Below are positions 1 to 15,956 of a stretch of 64,000 bases of DNA, piece by piece (the first letter of the stretch is position 1; each line of letters starts with the position of its first letter). A program made the position numbers and the translations under genes. Origin of the DNA: the human T2T-CHM13v2.0 reference genome, Homo sapiens. The notes beneath the pieces are model-generated. The model worked only from the letters and a program-made list of their open reading frames with translations, searched no databases and had not been told where the DNA came from. The DNA lies in assembly GCF_009914755.1 (NCBI RefSeq), contig NC_060930.1; one strand, given 5' to 3'.

Positions 1-1096
1 GAATATACCATAATTTACTTAGTTTTTCCCTAAAACTGTCCTTCTGTTATTTTCAATTTCTATGAGACATGATGTTGGGTTAAAAGTTTAAGATCTTTGT
101 GCTTATATCTTTGTTTCAGTGTTTCTGATTATACCTTTATGATATATTCACAAGAATGGAATTGCCACGCCAAATGGTATAAATATTTGTAAGACCCCAA
201 AAAGCCAAACTGCTTTTTAGAAAAATAGATATACCCCTTTCTCTTTGAGGGGAGAGGACACACCTGAATGGGGTTATCAAAACTGGGCTGAAGTTTCATT
301 TAGGATTTAAAGAAAGAGAAGTTACTGCACAGTCTGAAAACTGCAGTCTTCAGATCAAACTTAGCTCTGGGACAAGTTCTATAAGCTATTTTTTGCCCTC
401 AAAAGAGGAAAGGCCAAAATATTCCAGCCTGTATTCAACACATGCTGACTACCAGGAAAGAGATGTAATGCTGAGGCTCAGATGATGACCGACATATTAT
501 GCTTCTGGGGTCTACAATCCAAAAGACCATCCTACCCTCCTGATAGACATGGGATCCTAAAATTTAAGTGGGGAAAATATATATGTGACGAAATTGTTAG
601 GAATCTAAAAGCAAGGTTCTGACTGAAAATGGCAAACTTATGACAAGTTGGGTTTTGTCCCCTTCATTTGCTTCACAGCCTAATCGTATAGCAAAAGCAA
701 GTGCTCCAACAGTCAGGAGTCTCGTCCCATCTGTCCTCAAAAACAACTAGCCTCTTGTTTGGATCAATGTTGCCAAACCTCTCTAAACTCAAATTTCTCA
801 TTTGTTAAATGACAAGGTCAAACAAAGTCCCTAGGAGTCAATCAGGTCTCTGATTCCACAACATTCTTCTGTTTTAAAGGTACCAGGGGAAAAGGAGGAA
901 GAGAGATTATTCTCTCTGAATGCATTACTTCTAATGAGACGGTCAATCTCTTTTTCTATAACACGACTAGATCAAGTAGTGTTTGGTCTACAAAGGAGAT
1001 TCCACAAACTACGCATTCCCATTCCTTCAGAAAACAGGGACTAGGGAAAAAGTGGTAGAGAGATCTGTGAGCAAGGAGAGAAGAGAGAAGGCTCAC

Positions 1097-1591
1097 CATG
1101 GCCATTGCAGTAGTAGATCCATTTCTCCCGGTTCTGGGTTGGAGTCATGGATTTCTTCAGCCCTGCCTTTTCCACAATGGCACTGGGATCCTGCCGGGGC
1201 CCCTTTTTCAGAGTCCTCGAGCTTTTCCGGATACTGCACACCACAATCACCACAAGCACCAGCAGCAGGAAAAGCACAATCATCCAGGGCAAATGCTCAT
1301 TGATGTCAAAATGCTTGTGTAGGTTCTGTCTAGGATGTCCCCTCTTGGGGCCCTTGATGGGCGTGCTGGACTTCTCGCCCCCAGTGGCCTCCATGGACGG
1401 CAGCAGCTTCAGGATGTGTCTGTGGTGGGGGCCTTGCTGGTGGTTGACTACCTGAAGGTTTGGGAGGGTCTTGTTCACGTCTTCCTTCCCCCTTGCTGAG
1501 CTTGTGTTGTCAGGGACTGTCCCTTCCTGGATGCTACTCAGTACCTTTGGTCTAACAGAGGCAGAAGAGTTGGATTCTGTTGAGTTCATGC
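1097..1591 (-). CDS. TNFRSF21: TNFRSF21 exon 3 (495 nt): stalk, transmembrane helix, juxtamembrane cytoplasmic region
   Basis: Acceptor TTTTCTAG|GC completes the split Gly codon (phase 1); TM segment [21 protein letters not shown] followed by RKSSR; donor CATG|GTGAGC; gene continues past the left edge. Confidence 0.98.
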
Positions 1592-3102
1592 CTAGAAAAA
1601 AGAGTAAGGAGGGGGGAAGAGCTTTTCCATATTTGGGGATCTATACATTCCCTCCTTTCCCTGGTCATCTCCAAGCTAGGCCAGATAATCAAAGATAAGA
1701 TGACCCTTGGGGCTTAAGAATAAATTGTGTTGCACATTTTCATAAAGACCCTAATGGCACCTTCATGTGGAAGGCAAAAATGGAACTGAACCACTAAACT
1801 CACATTCTTACACCAAAACCAAGGGCAACCTTAAGGATCCAACAGCTGAGCTTGACAGCAGCTTCTCCTGTACTTCACATATTGAGCAGGCACATATATG
1901 TGCAGAGATCTAATCAATTCTTATTTTGAGTTTTCAGAGAACCAGTTCAAATTTAATTATTTTGTCCATCCTCCTTCTCCCACCTTTTGACTATTTTATG
2001 ATGCAGTGGTAAAACTGAGAATATGACTAAGATAAAAAAAAGAATTCAAATGCAAATTTGACTGGTGAAAGACTTGGTAGGACAGGTCAGCAAATAAGAG
2101 CATCTGTTATCAAAAGATTAAACAAGATTTGGGCTGGCAGCTTAGCAGACTTCTCTCAGAGAAGCCTCCATAAGTAATTTTCATTAAGAAGTATGAGAGA
2201 TGGGAATTTTGAGTCCCAAGAGACAGGACTTGGCCTAAGCAAAGCTAGAGTGGCCATCTGAGCTCTTGGAGGCTGTTTCTTCATTTCAACTGGCAATTGT
2301 AAGATGGCTGTCTTCACAGGCTTATCATGAAGGCTAAATGTAATCATGCATGAGAGGACACTAGGAGGAACAACTCAAGTTGGTCATCATCTCATGAAAA
2401 TTACATTAAATCAAAAAGGATTTGAAAATAAAGGATAAATTTTATATTCTGCTTGAGGTTCTGATGGAAAACTTGAATAATTGATATAAGGAGTAAAGTT
2501 AAAATCATTTGGAAAAAATAAAGTTATTATTTTCCAGACATGAGTGCTAGTTACCTTCAATCTGATACAAATTTGCTTATTTCCTGAGCTTCTAACTTTC
2601 CTACCCATTCTTTGCCCCACCTGGATTCAAAATTCATCTCTCGCTTCCGGATGTAATGGTATTTTCTTCCTTTCTCCCTCTTCTCTGCTCCTGGCTATGT
2701 CTACCTGGGACTGACTCCATGTTGGAAAACTTTTGATCTGGAAGGAACCTTAAACATCTAAATTATTCATTTGTTTGACAAGTTTGAAACTGAGGCCTGA
2801 AGAGGTTAAGTAACTTACATAAGGTCACACGCTGTCCTTGTTTCTCTTGGTTCATATTTTATAGCTTGATGTGACCTAGTTTTTAGATATCTGATCTCCC
2901 CTAACAGAAAAATTCTGAGTCTACATGTTTCTATTAAGTCCAAAAAAGCCAGATTTAATTAGCCACCATATGAAGGCCTCTCTCCAAGGGGTGACTTTGG
3001 AATACACGAAATGGAGAAAACATCTTTGGTATAAGCCCACTCTTGGTACCTCCGCTGGGCTCAAAGCCTTCCTCAAATAAATAATTCATGAGGTTAAGTT
3101 AC

Positions 3103-3754
3103 CTTTGGGAACATAAGTGGAGGAAGGGACTTCATGGGTTTCCATGTGCTCAGGGCGTGGAAAGATGGCTGTGCCAGGGGAAGGTGAGGTGGAGCTGGAG
3201 AAGGACGGGAGTGTGCCACAGACGTTGTCTGTCTCCTTGGTCCCCGGCTTGATCACCACCAGGTTCTGACTCAGACAGTCTGTGTATGCTTTGCATTTCA
3301 TCACACTAGAAGGCACATCTGAGAAGGTACCCCGAGCACACTGCTTACACCGCACATCCTCAGTCTCTGTCCCTTTCTTCCGCACACCCCAACCCACAGG
3401 ACACACCGTATGGGGGGCACAGGTAGCGTTAGACTGGAACATGCCAGGTGGGCAAGTGCATTCTCGGTCAGTCAAGGCAGCACAAGGTAATTTCTCAATC
3501 ATTGGCCATGGGCATGGCTGACTACAGTCATGGCATTTCTCTATGCCATTCTCATGCCTGGTAAAGGTCCCCACAGGGCAACTGCTGCAGACGCGCAGGC
3601 TTGTGTTGGTACAATGCTCAGAGACATAGGTTCCTGCTGGACACTTGTCACAGGTTAGCACCTGGCCGGTGGCACGGTCAACATGGCGGTATGTGCCAAT
3701 GAGATTCGAGGCCTTCTGTTCTGGCTGAGCTGTGGTGGTGCTAAGGAATCCAAG
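3103..3754 (-). CDS. TNFRSF21: TNFRSF21 exon 2 (652 nt): end of signal peptide, four TNFR cysteine-rich domains, start of Ser/Thr/Pro stalk
   Basis: Polypyrimidine tract plus TTTCAG|CTT acceptor; [41 protein letters not shown]...YVPK; donor AAAG|GTAACT; sequence matches DR6 as recalled. Confidence 0.98.
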
Positions 3755-4120
3755 CTGAAAGAAACAGAAGGGGAGGGAAAGGAACAAAAACCAAGAAGAT
3801 GTTACATAGGAGCAGAGCAGAAAAAGGGCCAACAATTCCAGCACCACCATCATCATTCCTGTTAAAGATCCGACCAGGACTGCATCCTCTTGACAGCATG
3901 CTGCAACACAGTAGAACGAGAGAAACGAAGACTTGGATCCCACCCTACAGCTTGATCTACTGGCTGTGATGCTTTGGTTTCACTGCCTGACCTTTGCCTC
4001 AGCTTCCTTTTTTTCCATTTGTAAAATGAAACTGACAATGCATCTCAAATTGATTATAAAAATCAGTTGAGAATATGTATGTGAAAACACTTTGTAGCTG
4101 AGATTTAAAATGTTATATAT

Positions 4121-4555
<435 letters not shown>

Positions 4556-4849
4556 TTAACATTGGGTATTTTATTCATTTAAGGATAAGGGAGCTAATTA
4601 AAAAAAAAACTTGCCCTGTTCTTGTCTTTAGAAGATGTATTTTAATAAAAAATGTACTCTTTCTATTTAAGAATTATTTATCACAGATTTGTAAAATACT
4701 TTGTTTAGCTTAGTTCTATACTATAAAACTGAAATGGTAACTAAACCTGTAAGAAATCAGTTGAAATTTACATTTCAAATTTATACACATATTTTGTGGC
4801 TCAAGTCATGTATGCTACTCTTATAACTGACAAAGGGGTTGTGGACAGA

Positions 4850-5750
4850 ATATGTAAAGGACTCCTAGAAAATCAACACAAGATAAAAATGGGTGAAAAA
4901 CTTGAGCAGGCATTTTATAAAAGTGAATATTCAAATAGCCAATAAAGGACAAAAACGTAAAACTTCATTATTAATTAAGGAAATGCATATTAAAACCATA
5001 TTGAAATAGTACTATATACTCCAGAATGGCTAAAGTTAAAAAGACTATCTGATAAAATTAAGTCTTGGTGAGTATGAGAAGCAACTGGAATTCTCATACA
5101 TTTCTGATAAAGGCATAAATTGCAACACACACTTTGAAAGCTGGTTGGTACTCTTTACAGAAGTTGAAAATGTATACGCTATGACCCAGAAATCCTACTC
5201 CTAGTATATACACACATGCCTAATGGAAATGTGTATATATGTGCACCAGAAGGTATGCAACAACGCTTATAGCAAAACTATTTAAAACATTCCCAAGGTG
5301 GAAACAGCACACGTTTGTTGGCAGAAAGGATAAATAATTGTCATTTGGTCATATAATGCATTATACAACAATGAAAATGAACTAATACAGCTCCACATAG
5401 TAACATGGATAAATCTTACAAACGTAATGTTGAGTAAAGGAAGTCAGGCACAAAATGTACACATTGTATCATTCCAACTGCTTGTTTGAAAACAGAGCTA
5501 ATCTCTGTGTTACACTGCTTTGGAGAGTGGAGAGAAGGTACAGTGATTAGAGGAGGGCATGAGGGGTGAGTTCTAGGGTGTTGGCAACGCTCCGTAACTT
5601 GATCTGGATGCTGGTTACTGGAGTGTGTTTGCTTTGTCACAGATCGTTGAGCTGTACACATAAAATCTGTATACCCTTTTTAGTGTCTCTAAGTAAATAA
5701 ATAAATAAAAATAAAGCGGTAGAAACAAACATAAAAAAAAAAAAGAAAAA
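4850..5750 (+). mobile_element. Old L1M (L1ME/L1MC-like) 3' fragment
   Basis: Degenerate ORF2-end motifs (ATGACCCAGAAATCCTACTCCTAG) and A-rich end. Confidence 0.65.
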
Positions 5751-6788
5751 GAAAATAACTTGCTGAATAGTTCTCTTCCTTTCCCCAACCCCAATGTTAA
5801 GCTGCCATTTCATGATGCTAGGACAAGGCAACTGGGAACCAGGAAGGCATGCATTCAAGCTGCCAGTTCCATGCACCAGATTGCCTGCTTGGCATTACCT
5901 GACAGTCATGGCCTGATTTTTTCAGACGCTTTGCCTACATGAAGCTAAACTTTTATTTATTTGTCAAAACAGAGGCGGGCCCTTGGCATTTTTGTAATGT
6001 GCTTTAAACAACAGAGTTGATGCTTTCAGATTCACACCCTGTTTGCTCAGCCTTTGAAGACCATAGCTACGAAAGCATGGGCCTGCAGCCACCCAGGAGA
6101 GGAAGCACAAAGCTAGACCCAGCAAGAGGGAATCAACAGGCACTTAGGGGAAAGGAAATTATATTCATGGGACTAAATCCTGAGGTCCTTCTGAGAAGAG
6201 ACTGGGGGAGAATAAGAATATTAAGAGAAAGTTTTTCTGCATTAATGAATATTGAAAAGTTCCAACAGTTTTCACTATCCTTTATGAAATGCACAAAGTT
6301 TATGTGTCAAGGAAATAATGGCTGCCTCAAACTACCAGCTACTCAGCAGGGCAAATTCCTTCTAAATTGGCTGCTATACCAGTGACTAAGAGAATAAATC
6401 AAGAATTTTTTTCACAGTGATCAGAGTTTCTGTCTTTTTAGCACCTTGACACTTAATTCAAGGTTCAATTCTCTCCTACCCCAAAATTTAACTATTTGAA
6501 TCAAAAGTATTTCCCTGAAGTCCCTTCCCCTGTCCCAGAGCTGCCTATCTAGTTAAATAACAATACAGAAAACAAATTTTCAGCTTATGAGGGTATATTC
6601 ATTTTTTCTGTCGAGACCCTCCCCCAACAAAAAAAGGACAGTTGTTGATTCTTTTGTTAAGAAACTTAACCTCATCTTAGAACCTGGAAAAAACCTCCTG
6701 CTTGATGATAAATTCTGTAATGTCTTCCCTTATCCCTTCTGACTTTACCTTTCATTTTCTTGTTCCTTCTATTTGAAAATAAGCCTCA

Positions 6789-7347
<559 letters not shown>

Positions 7348-9484
7348 TTACACTTCAATTAAGAAAGAAGAGAACTGAACCCAAGATCTGGGCAGGGAGC
7401 GGTGGTCGGCGATGAATATCACTCTGATGTGCTGTGTGATCTAAGTCAGCCTCCCTACCTGTGTGGGAGGATGGGCAGTCAGACACACCCACACACACAC
7501 TCACAAGGGTGGCTCTGCAGAATGAGCACAGGAGGTCATGAATAGCAAGTATGTGTGGATTTGGGTGTGGAGTTGGGGTAGGCTTCCTACAGCTTTCTAT
7601 ACTTCCCCCGAAATATGCACTTCTAAATCTAAAGTAAAACCAAAAAAGGTTTTCCTAGCTATACATAAAACCCACCTCCAAACCCCACAGCCCCAACACT
7701 CTTTCTCAGACTGTAAGTGGATTTTAGAGCTCTTTGTTCATTTGGAATAACAGATCAAGTTTCTAATTAAAGCAAAACTCGGCCCTGTTTAAACTGTTTC
7801 ATACTGGGTAACCCACTTTAGACAATGTGTCTCTAAAAAAGGACCTTTAAATTACCTCATACAACAAGAGACAATTCCAGCTCCCGCAAGCAGAGCCAAC
7901 AAACAATGATCCCTCCACAGTCGGGCCCAGGCTGAACACTAGAAATGAGATTTAGCAAAAACTAGACACTATGAATTCACTGGACAAATAATTATTGAAG
8001 ACCTAATAGGTGTGTGCAAGACAGCATGCCATGGGCTGAGGATAGAATCTTGAGAACTCTATTCCAGCCCTTATGAAGTTTACATTCTAGGCTGGGATGA
8101 ACAAAAAAAGAATACACCAGTAATTACTCAATTAGAATTGAAATCACTGCTGAGAAAGAGAAATACAGAATCCTATGAGAGGGAATTGAACAGGTGCTTC
8201 CTAGCTCAGGGAAGTTAGAGAAACATTTTGTCACCACTCTTAAGGATGGAGAGGCAGAAATTAACTCCAGGCAAGAAGCAGTGAAAGAGGGTTAGGCAGA
8301 GGGAACACCAGATCAAAAGTGTGAAGCAGAAGGAAGCTCAGCACAGGAACTAAAAAGCTTGTGGCTCTATCTCAAGATGCAACAGAGTGGCCACAGTTAC
8401 ATCTGAAGAGTCTCCATGTGCTGATCTTAATTCAAAATGCAATGAGAAGTCATTAAATGTTTACATGATAGGTTGGGGGAGAAGGCATATAATTGCACCT
8501 GTGAATCAAAAAGCTGTCTGCTTCAGAGCAGAGGGTGAAAGGGGTATGCGGGAGAGTAGACAAGAAAACCCAGTTAGAGGGTGAAAAACCAACATGGAAG
8601 GTGGTGGTGACTCAGACTAGGGTGGCGGATGCGGAAATGGAGAGACGGTGACAGATTTGAGGGCTCAGGTCAGCTGAATTTGGTGAATGATTACTTACAG
8701 AAGGGGAAAGAGGAAGAAATCAGTGGTTTTCAAATAGGACTTAAGAGAGCACTGGACAGAACACAGCTCTCAGGATGCTCCTTGGACCAGGGAGGGATGG
8801 GAGGTAGGCTCCAAGCCCCCCATCTCTGCCTAAACCAAGCATCTCCACTTTACCAATTTGCTAATGGCTTTCCAAGTAAGAATTCATTTGCAGGAGGGAT
8901 TTTTCCTAAAACAAGTCTGAAAATCACTGAACTAGAGGGACTTCGAAGGCCTCTTCCAATTCTGAAGTAAACAGTTAACCCAATCTGTGCTACAAAGCTG
9001 GAGGGACTGCTCCATGGCCTCTTTCGCCTGAGTGAAACCCTGCTGAGAGGAAGAGTTGGCAACATCCCTTTCTCTTTACAGAGACTCAGATGGCACCTGA
9101 GAAAAGCCATTTTCCTAGGGCCTTTTAGTCAACTCATGATCTAAAACTAGGGCTTTTCCCACTCGCCTGGTGGCAGCCCTCTGATTTCTAAGAAAATTAA
9201 AACACTGTAGAAATCATTCCCAGTGATGATCTGGGAGTGAAACAATGAGTAATGGGGGTGAGGTGGACCCCATTCAAAAGTGGCATTTAAGAATAGTTTC
9301 TGTATAACACAACAACAAGGTGAGATGCCACCCAAAGCTAATGCTAGGAAAACACCTGAATCAGGGGACACAGTCATTGAAAAGTGCAAGAGAGTGGGAG
9401 CCAGAATATCTGACGCCGAGTCCTACCTGGTCAAGATCCTTAATTCCTTCACTTGTACAGAGTTGGATAAACTAGATCGGAGGC

Positions 9485-9685
9485 TCACCAAAGCCTCGGG
9501 TCTCAAAGGCAGCATCAAAATTACCTGGGAAGCTTTAAAAAAAAAAAATCACACCCCAGCCCCATCATCTGGATCACTGTGGGTCTGCAGTGGGGCCAGG
9601 AATTTATTTGGTTTTAGCTTTGGTTCATTTTATTTTTAAGCTTTCCAAGTGATTCTGATGCCCATCCAAGTTTTGGACACCCTGA
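9485..9685. mobile_element. MER5-type hAT DNA transposon
   Basis: ATTACCTGGGAAGCTTTAAAA...CAAGTGATTCTGATG. Confidence 0.6.
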
Positions 9686-10477
9686 ACTAAGGGCTCTAAT
9701 CTTCTCTGATTCTGAGACACATTTTGGAGACTGCCCAATCGCACTTCTGCACCACTCTCTCAGCCTCTTAACCAATCTGGTACTTTTAATTGTTTTAATG
9801 TTGCCCTGTATTAATTAGTATTTTTTATGATGAAAATAAACATTCATGTAATAATTCTAACAATTAGGAACTATAAAGTAAAACATTTAAGTCTCTGCTC
9901 AAATCCACTCATTCCCAGAGAGACTCACTGTGAATTTTGGTGCACATCTTTCCAGACCCTTTTCTGAGCATTCACACATAATACATACATATATGCATGC
10001 ACACCTTAAATTGGCTGTTCCCATTGATTTTTGTTTTGTTTTGTCTTACATATCCAAAGGGGACTGTCCATACATAGCGTTCTGTGATTTGCTTTTGTTC
10101 ATCTTCTAACACTGCATCACTAAAATTTGCAAGTTGGACTAGGTTGTGTTCACCTCTAACCCTCTAAGTGTTTACAATTATTTCTGTCAAGCTCCACCTT
10201 CCCTGTAAAGCCTTTAAAACTATTCCCAGACACCCAGATTCCAAGTAGATGAGTGAACTCTTCATCATATTTCCTGTTTCTGTTCATCATATTGGTGCCT
10301 AATTACATATTGTCTTGTGATGTTTGCTGATGGCCACTTAAGTGTATATACTTATCTTCCCATAATGATTATAAGCAGCTCAAGGCCAGGGACGACCACA
10401 TAGATTGCATTTCCTCCCTTGCACAACTACCTCAATAATGAAGATCGTGGGAATAAGAAGCAAAGCATTCTCCAAGC

Positions 10478-10728
10478 CAGGGGTCAGCAAACTAAATCCC
10501 ACATTCCAATTGTTTTTATAAACACGTTTATTGGAATTCAGCCCTTCATGTAGGTATTGACTATGGCTGCTTTCATGCTACAGCGGCAGAGTTGGATAGT
10601 TCCAAAAGACACCTTATGGCCTGCAAACTTAAAATATTATCCAGCCCTTTATAGAATACACTATATATACTACATGCTGGATAATATACTATCCAGCCTT
10701 TTACAGAGAAAGTCTGTCAACACCTGCA
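10478..10728. mobile_element. MER58A-type hAT DNA transposon
   Basis: Termini CAGGGGTCAGCAAACT ... AGTCTGTCAACACCTG. Confidence 0.75.
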
Positions 10729-11267
10729 CAGGGCAGTCAAAAGAAATGTCAAAAAATACAGAGAGCAGAAGCTCACTCACAAGAATCGTCAGACCTCTGA
10801 AAGTTTAGCAACGAGTACTGAGATATTGGCTTCCTTTCTTGACACCCACTCCAACTCACACTCCAAATCTCATCCTTTCATCCTCTGCTTAAAACTCTCA
10901 ATCACTTCCCACATGACTTAGGATGAAAGGCAAAGTCTTTAACAAAGATAGGACTTTCTCTGGAATGCCATCCCTGACCACCTCTCCACTAATAAAAACA
11001 GGTTTCACAAGATCCCCTCATTCCCATTTTTTCCCCCAGTATGGCTACCACAATACTGTATTTACCCATTTTTCTGTTTAGCATGTCTTCCCCTGTGGAT
11101 CACAAGCTCCATGTGGACAAGGATCAGGTCTATTTCACTTACTGGTGCTATCCATGCCCTCAAGGACCCAACTCATGGTAATGTCTGACAAGTGTTAGTT
11201 GAATAAATGAATGAATGGACTTACAGACCATAAATAATTAGAACCAACATATTAGAAGTGGTGGTAG

Positions 11268-11600
<333 letters not shown>

Positions 11601-11849
11601 GCGCACAGGTTTAAAAGCGAGCAGGAGAAAACCCAAAGCCTCCACAATGTAGCCACAATAACTCAAGAGATAAAGCAGTCTGGCCTTATACCCTTCAGTA
11701 CAAGGGCAGATACTTCATTTCATCTCCAAAGACCCTGAGGACATCACTCTGTTTTAACAGAACTACAAATGGCTTACAAGAATTACACTCTGCAGGGTGC
11801 TTAAGGTGACAAGCAAATGTATCAAAGAGTTAAAAAATTCCCTCCTCAT

Positions 11850-11988
11850 TTCTTTCTTTTTTTTTGAGGGGGGCCAGGGGTTCTCACTATGTTGCCCAGG
11901 CTGATCTCAAACTCCTGGCCTCAAGCATTCCTGCCACCTCAGACCTCAAAAGTGCTGGAATTATAGGCATGAGCCACTGTGCCCAGCC
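11850..11988 (-). mobile_element. Alu left monomer (FLAM/AluJ fragment)
   Basis: TGTTGCCCAGGCTGATCTCAAACTCCTGG...GAGCCACTGTGCCCAGCC. Confidence 0.85.
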
Positions 11989-13515
11989 TCCCCTCTTATT
12001 TCTTTAAAAAAAGATGATACTAACTTGGTGATTAGAATTATAAGCAGCATAATAAGATTATCCTCCAGAACTTATCTATGCACCATCCTAGTTTAAACTT
12101 TAGTTATGTGGAAAATTTCATTTATCCAAGACATTTATTTCACCAACAATGGATAAATGTGGCAAATATCCCAAACTGTACAGGATTTATAAGCACTATA
12201 AATGCCTACTGAATGATTAAAAGGTAAACCCAGAACAACACAAATTTCAAAAGAGGGAGGAGGTAGCTCTAAATAACCAACAGTAAAAACTCCCTGGGTC
12301 TCAGCATTCACCCTGGTGAGCCACACCACACCTCTCTTGTTGTCACTTCTATTCTCGGACACAGAGATGGGCCTGACTAAGGACAAGAAGCACTCAGATT
12401 TGCAAAGACATGTCAGAATGTTGATGCCTATTTATTCCTTAACAATTCTTACTCCATGACCTCATCCTTCAAACAACGTATTTTTGTCATTCTTGTTCCC
12501 TATCAAATTCTAATTTTTAGCGGAAAATGAGCAAAGTCAAGGCGGAAATAAACTTTTTTTCTATTCATAAAGGGCAGGCAGAGAGACTGCCTATGAGTTT
12601 GTTGTAGAATTTTTCAATGCTGCATAAAACTAATATTTTGAAGAGGAAGCCCGTTACCGTAGAGATGATAATGCAACCAAGTTATTCCTGAGATGGTGAA
12701 TCTAAAACATGATAACAGATGATCTAAAGGCAAAACCCAGGCAGAGATGGACCTTCCAGAATTTCTGATCATTTTATTTTGAGCATCACATTAAATGTGT
12801 AATATCAAGACACTGGCTGTTTAGAATTCTGTAGATTTGAAGCAGGGAAAAAGGAATGCACAAAGAGGAAAGCTTCAAGGACAGAGCTTCCACAAATCAC
12901 AGACAGAACTGTTCCCAGTTATGTTGGTCAACTCTTGCATTTCCTACTATCCTCTCTGATTTAAAAAAAAAAAAAGTCTTCTGTTGCTAAGGCAAAAGCA
13001 GGGACCATTTTTAAAGCTGGTGAATATAGAGGATGCCAAGGCTAGAATGTGCTGACTGCAGGACTGGAAGGAGGCAAGCTCAGGGGACACTGGAAAAAGG
13101 AAAAGCCATGTGAGACTTAACTCAGGTGCTGTTTTCCCTGGAACCTGCAATGCAGGAGCGTGTACACTCAGCAGCACTCAGTCCTGGGGCCACAGAACCT
13201 CATCTCCTTCCGTGTCCTTAGAAATAACTATTTCTAAGACTTCTGCATACATGAAGAAGCCAAGAGTAGGCTACCCATTTATTTAGTCACTAAGCAGTAA
13301 GTGAATTGGCATTCCATGAAAGACAGGAGGAAAGATGCAGAAGGAATGTTACTCTGTGCTCACTAAGGATTTAAAGAAAAGCATGTGAACCAAGGCAAAA
13401 CCAATGACTCTGGCCAGTGCAGCAACTCCAGCATAAAAGCACGCATAAACAAAACCTATTAATATTTTAGTCTATAGTGTGCCGAGCAGCCCAGATCTAC
13501 CAGGTGCTAGCTAGG

Positions 13516-14380
13516 TGTGATACTGTGATATAATAAATATATATATTTGGTCTCTGTCCCTGGTTTCTGGTGCACAATTCCTAAAACCTTAAAATCTCCA
13601 GCCACAATAGTGTCTTTTGTATGCTAATGAGATGATTGTCGGCTGGGGGCTGCTAGGTAGCTTCTGGATAGGGGCTGGTCATAAGAAAGACCAAGGTATG
13701 ATGGAAGGGTTGGGACTTTCAACCCCACCTCCAACCTCAGGGAAGGGGAGAAGGGCTGAACGTTGAGCTGATCACCAATGGCCAGTGATATAATCAATCA
13801 TGTCTAAGTAATGAAGTCTCCATAAAAGCCCAAAAGGACTGGGGTTTGGAGAGCTTCTGGACAGCTGAACACCTGGAGATTCCTGGAGGATGGGGATGGG
13901 CATGGAAGCTCCATGCCCCTTCCCACACACCTTGCCCTATGCATTTCCTCCATCTGGCTGTTCATTTGTATCCTTTATTATATCTTTTATCAAGAAACTG
14001 GGGCTGGGTGTGGTGGTACACGCCTGTAGTCCCAGCTACTCAGGAGGCTGAGTAAGTAAAGTGTTTCCCTGAGTTCTGTGAGCCGCTCTTGCAGATTAAT
14101 AAAACCTGAGGAAGGGGTTGTGGGAACCTTGATTTACAGTCGGTCAGGCCGAAGCACAGGCAAAATAACCTGCGGCTTATGCTTGACATCAGATATTGGG
14201 GGCAGTCCCCTGTGACTGAGTCTTTAAACTGTGGGATCCGACACTACTTCCGGGTAGATAGGTCAGAACTGAATTGAACTAGAGGGCACTCAGTTGATGT
14301 CTGCTGGAGAATTTGGTGTCAAAGGTGTTGTGTTGAGCCTTGTGTGCAAGTAGAAAAACACGTTGGTTTTTTTTAATCCT
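13516..14380. mobile_element. MER21-type solo LTR with a short Alu fragment inside (about 14002-14052)
   Basis: Collinear similarity with 51790-53190 (CCTTGCCCTATG...CCATCTGGCT, TTTCCCTGAGTTCTGT); family name recalled. Confidence 0.7.
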
Positions 14381-14639
14381 TAATTCTGGGTGGCCTTGGC
14401 AAATGGCTCACTTCTGTGTCTCTGCCTCCTCATTAGTATAAAGGAGTTAATTAGCAATACCTACTCTTCAAAGACTGTTTTGAGAATTAATTGTTAATAC
14501 AGATAAAGCAGGCAAAACGTGTCTGACACATAGTAAGCATTCCATAAATGTTATCTTAATTATCACTCCCGCCAACTTAACAATGTACTATATTTTAACA
14601 ATCTTTTAGTTTTTTACTTTTATTTTTCAAATTTTCTAA

Positions 14640-14981
<342 letters not shown>

Positions 14982-15354
14982 AAGACAATCTTTTAAAACA
15001 CCCCAATTAAAATGCAAGTATTCAATTCCTGAGAAGTGTATCAAAGACTTCAGATTTTTAAAAGCTATAATCCTGAAACAAACCATCCCGGACTTAGAGC
15101 AAACAAAGAAACAAAAAATACAGACTGCACAGTAAAGAGTTAAAAGAGAAACATGGGCCCACTAGCATTTTCAAAACATTTAAAATAAAAACTTGGTATA
15201 TAGCAAATGAGAAAACACAAGAGAGCAGAAGGGATTTACTATTAATAAGTACATTAGATAACTGGGGCAGAATTTAAGTAAGCATTTCCCACAGTGAGTT
15301 TCCCTGATCTAGTCCCATGAGATATTAATGATTCTACGGTCTTAAAAGAGTGAG

Positions 15355-15630
15355 CATGGGAGGGCAAGGGGAGAGGATTGCTTGAGCCCAGGAGCTTGAG
15401 ACCAGTCTGGCAACATAGGCAGACCCTGTCACTACAAAAAATTAAAAAAAAAAAAAAAAAAAAAAGGAATCAGGTATAGTGGTGTTCCAGCTACTCAGGA
15501 GGCTGAGTGAGGTAGGAGGATCACTCGAGCCCAGGAGGTTGAGGCTACAGTGAGCTGCGATCACATGACTGAACTACAGCCTGGGTGACAGAGCAAGACC
15601 CTGTCCCAAATTAAAATAAATAAATAAAAA
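15355..15630 (+). mobile_element. AluJ (5'-truncated)
   Basis: GGATTGCTTGAGCCCAGGAG J-type motif; expanded central A tract. Confidence 0.85.
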
Positions 15631-15649
15631 TTTAAAAAGAGTGAGTAAG

Positions 15650-15956
15650 CTCCAGCACCTGCCTGTTTCTGTATTGCTCACAAGCTAAGAATGGTTTTTA
15701 CATTTTAAATAGTTTTTAAAAAATCAAACAAATAATCATATTTTGTGACATATAACAATTATATGACAATCAAATTGTAGTGTCCACAAATAAAGCTTTA
15801 TTGGAACACAGCCACACCCAACCTCTTAGGTATTGCCTAGGGCTGCTCTCACCATTCAAACACAGAATTAAGTAGTTAGAGCAGAAACCACATGACCCAT
15901 AAAGCTGAAGATATATACTATCTGGCCTTTCACAGACAAAGTTTACCAGCCCCTGG
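15650..15956. mobile_element. MER58B-type element (partial)
   Basis: CAAGCTAAGAATGGTTTTTACATTTT...AAAGTTTACCAGCCCCTG. Confidence 0.7.

Noticed and set aside
3755-3943. Hydrophobic N-terminal part of the 285-aa ORF as an alternative signal peptide
   Set aside because: It is intron sequence (polypyrimidine tract) read through upstream of the true acceptor, and the sequence shows no promoter there
13516-14380. The two MER21-type LTRs (13.5 kb and 52 kb) as ends of one large provirus
   Set aside because: They are too divergent, enclose an ancient host gene promoter, and show no PBS, PPT or internal viral sequence; they are independent solo LTRs
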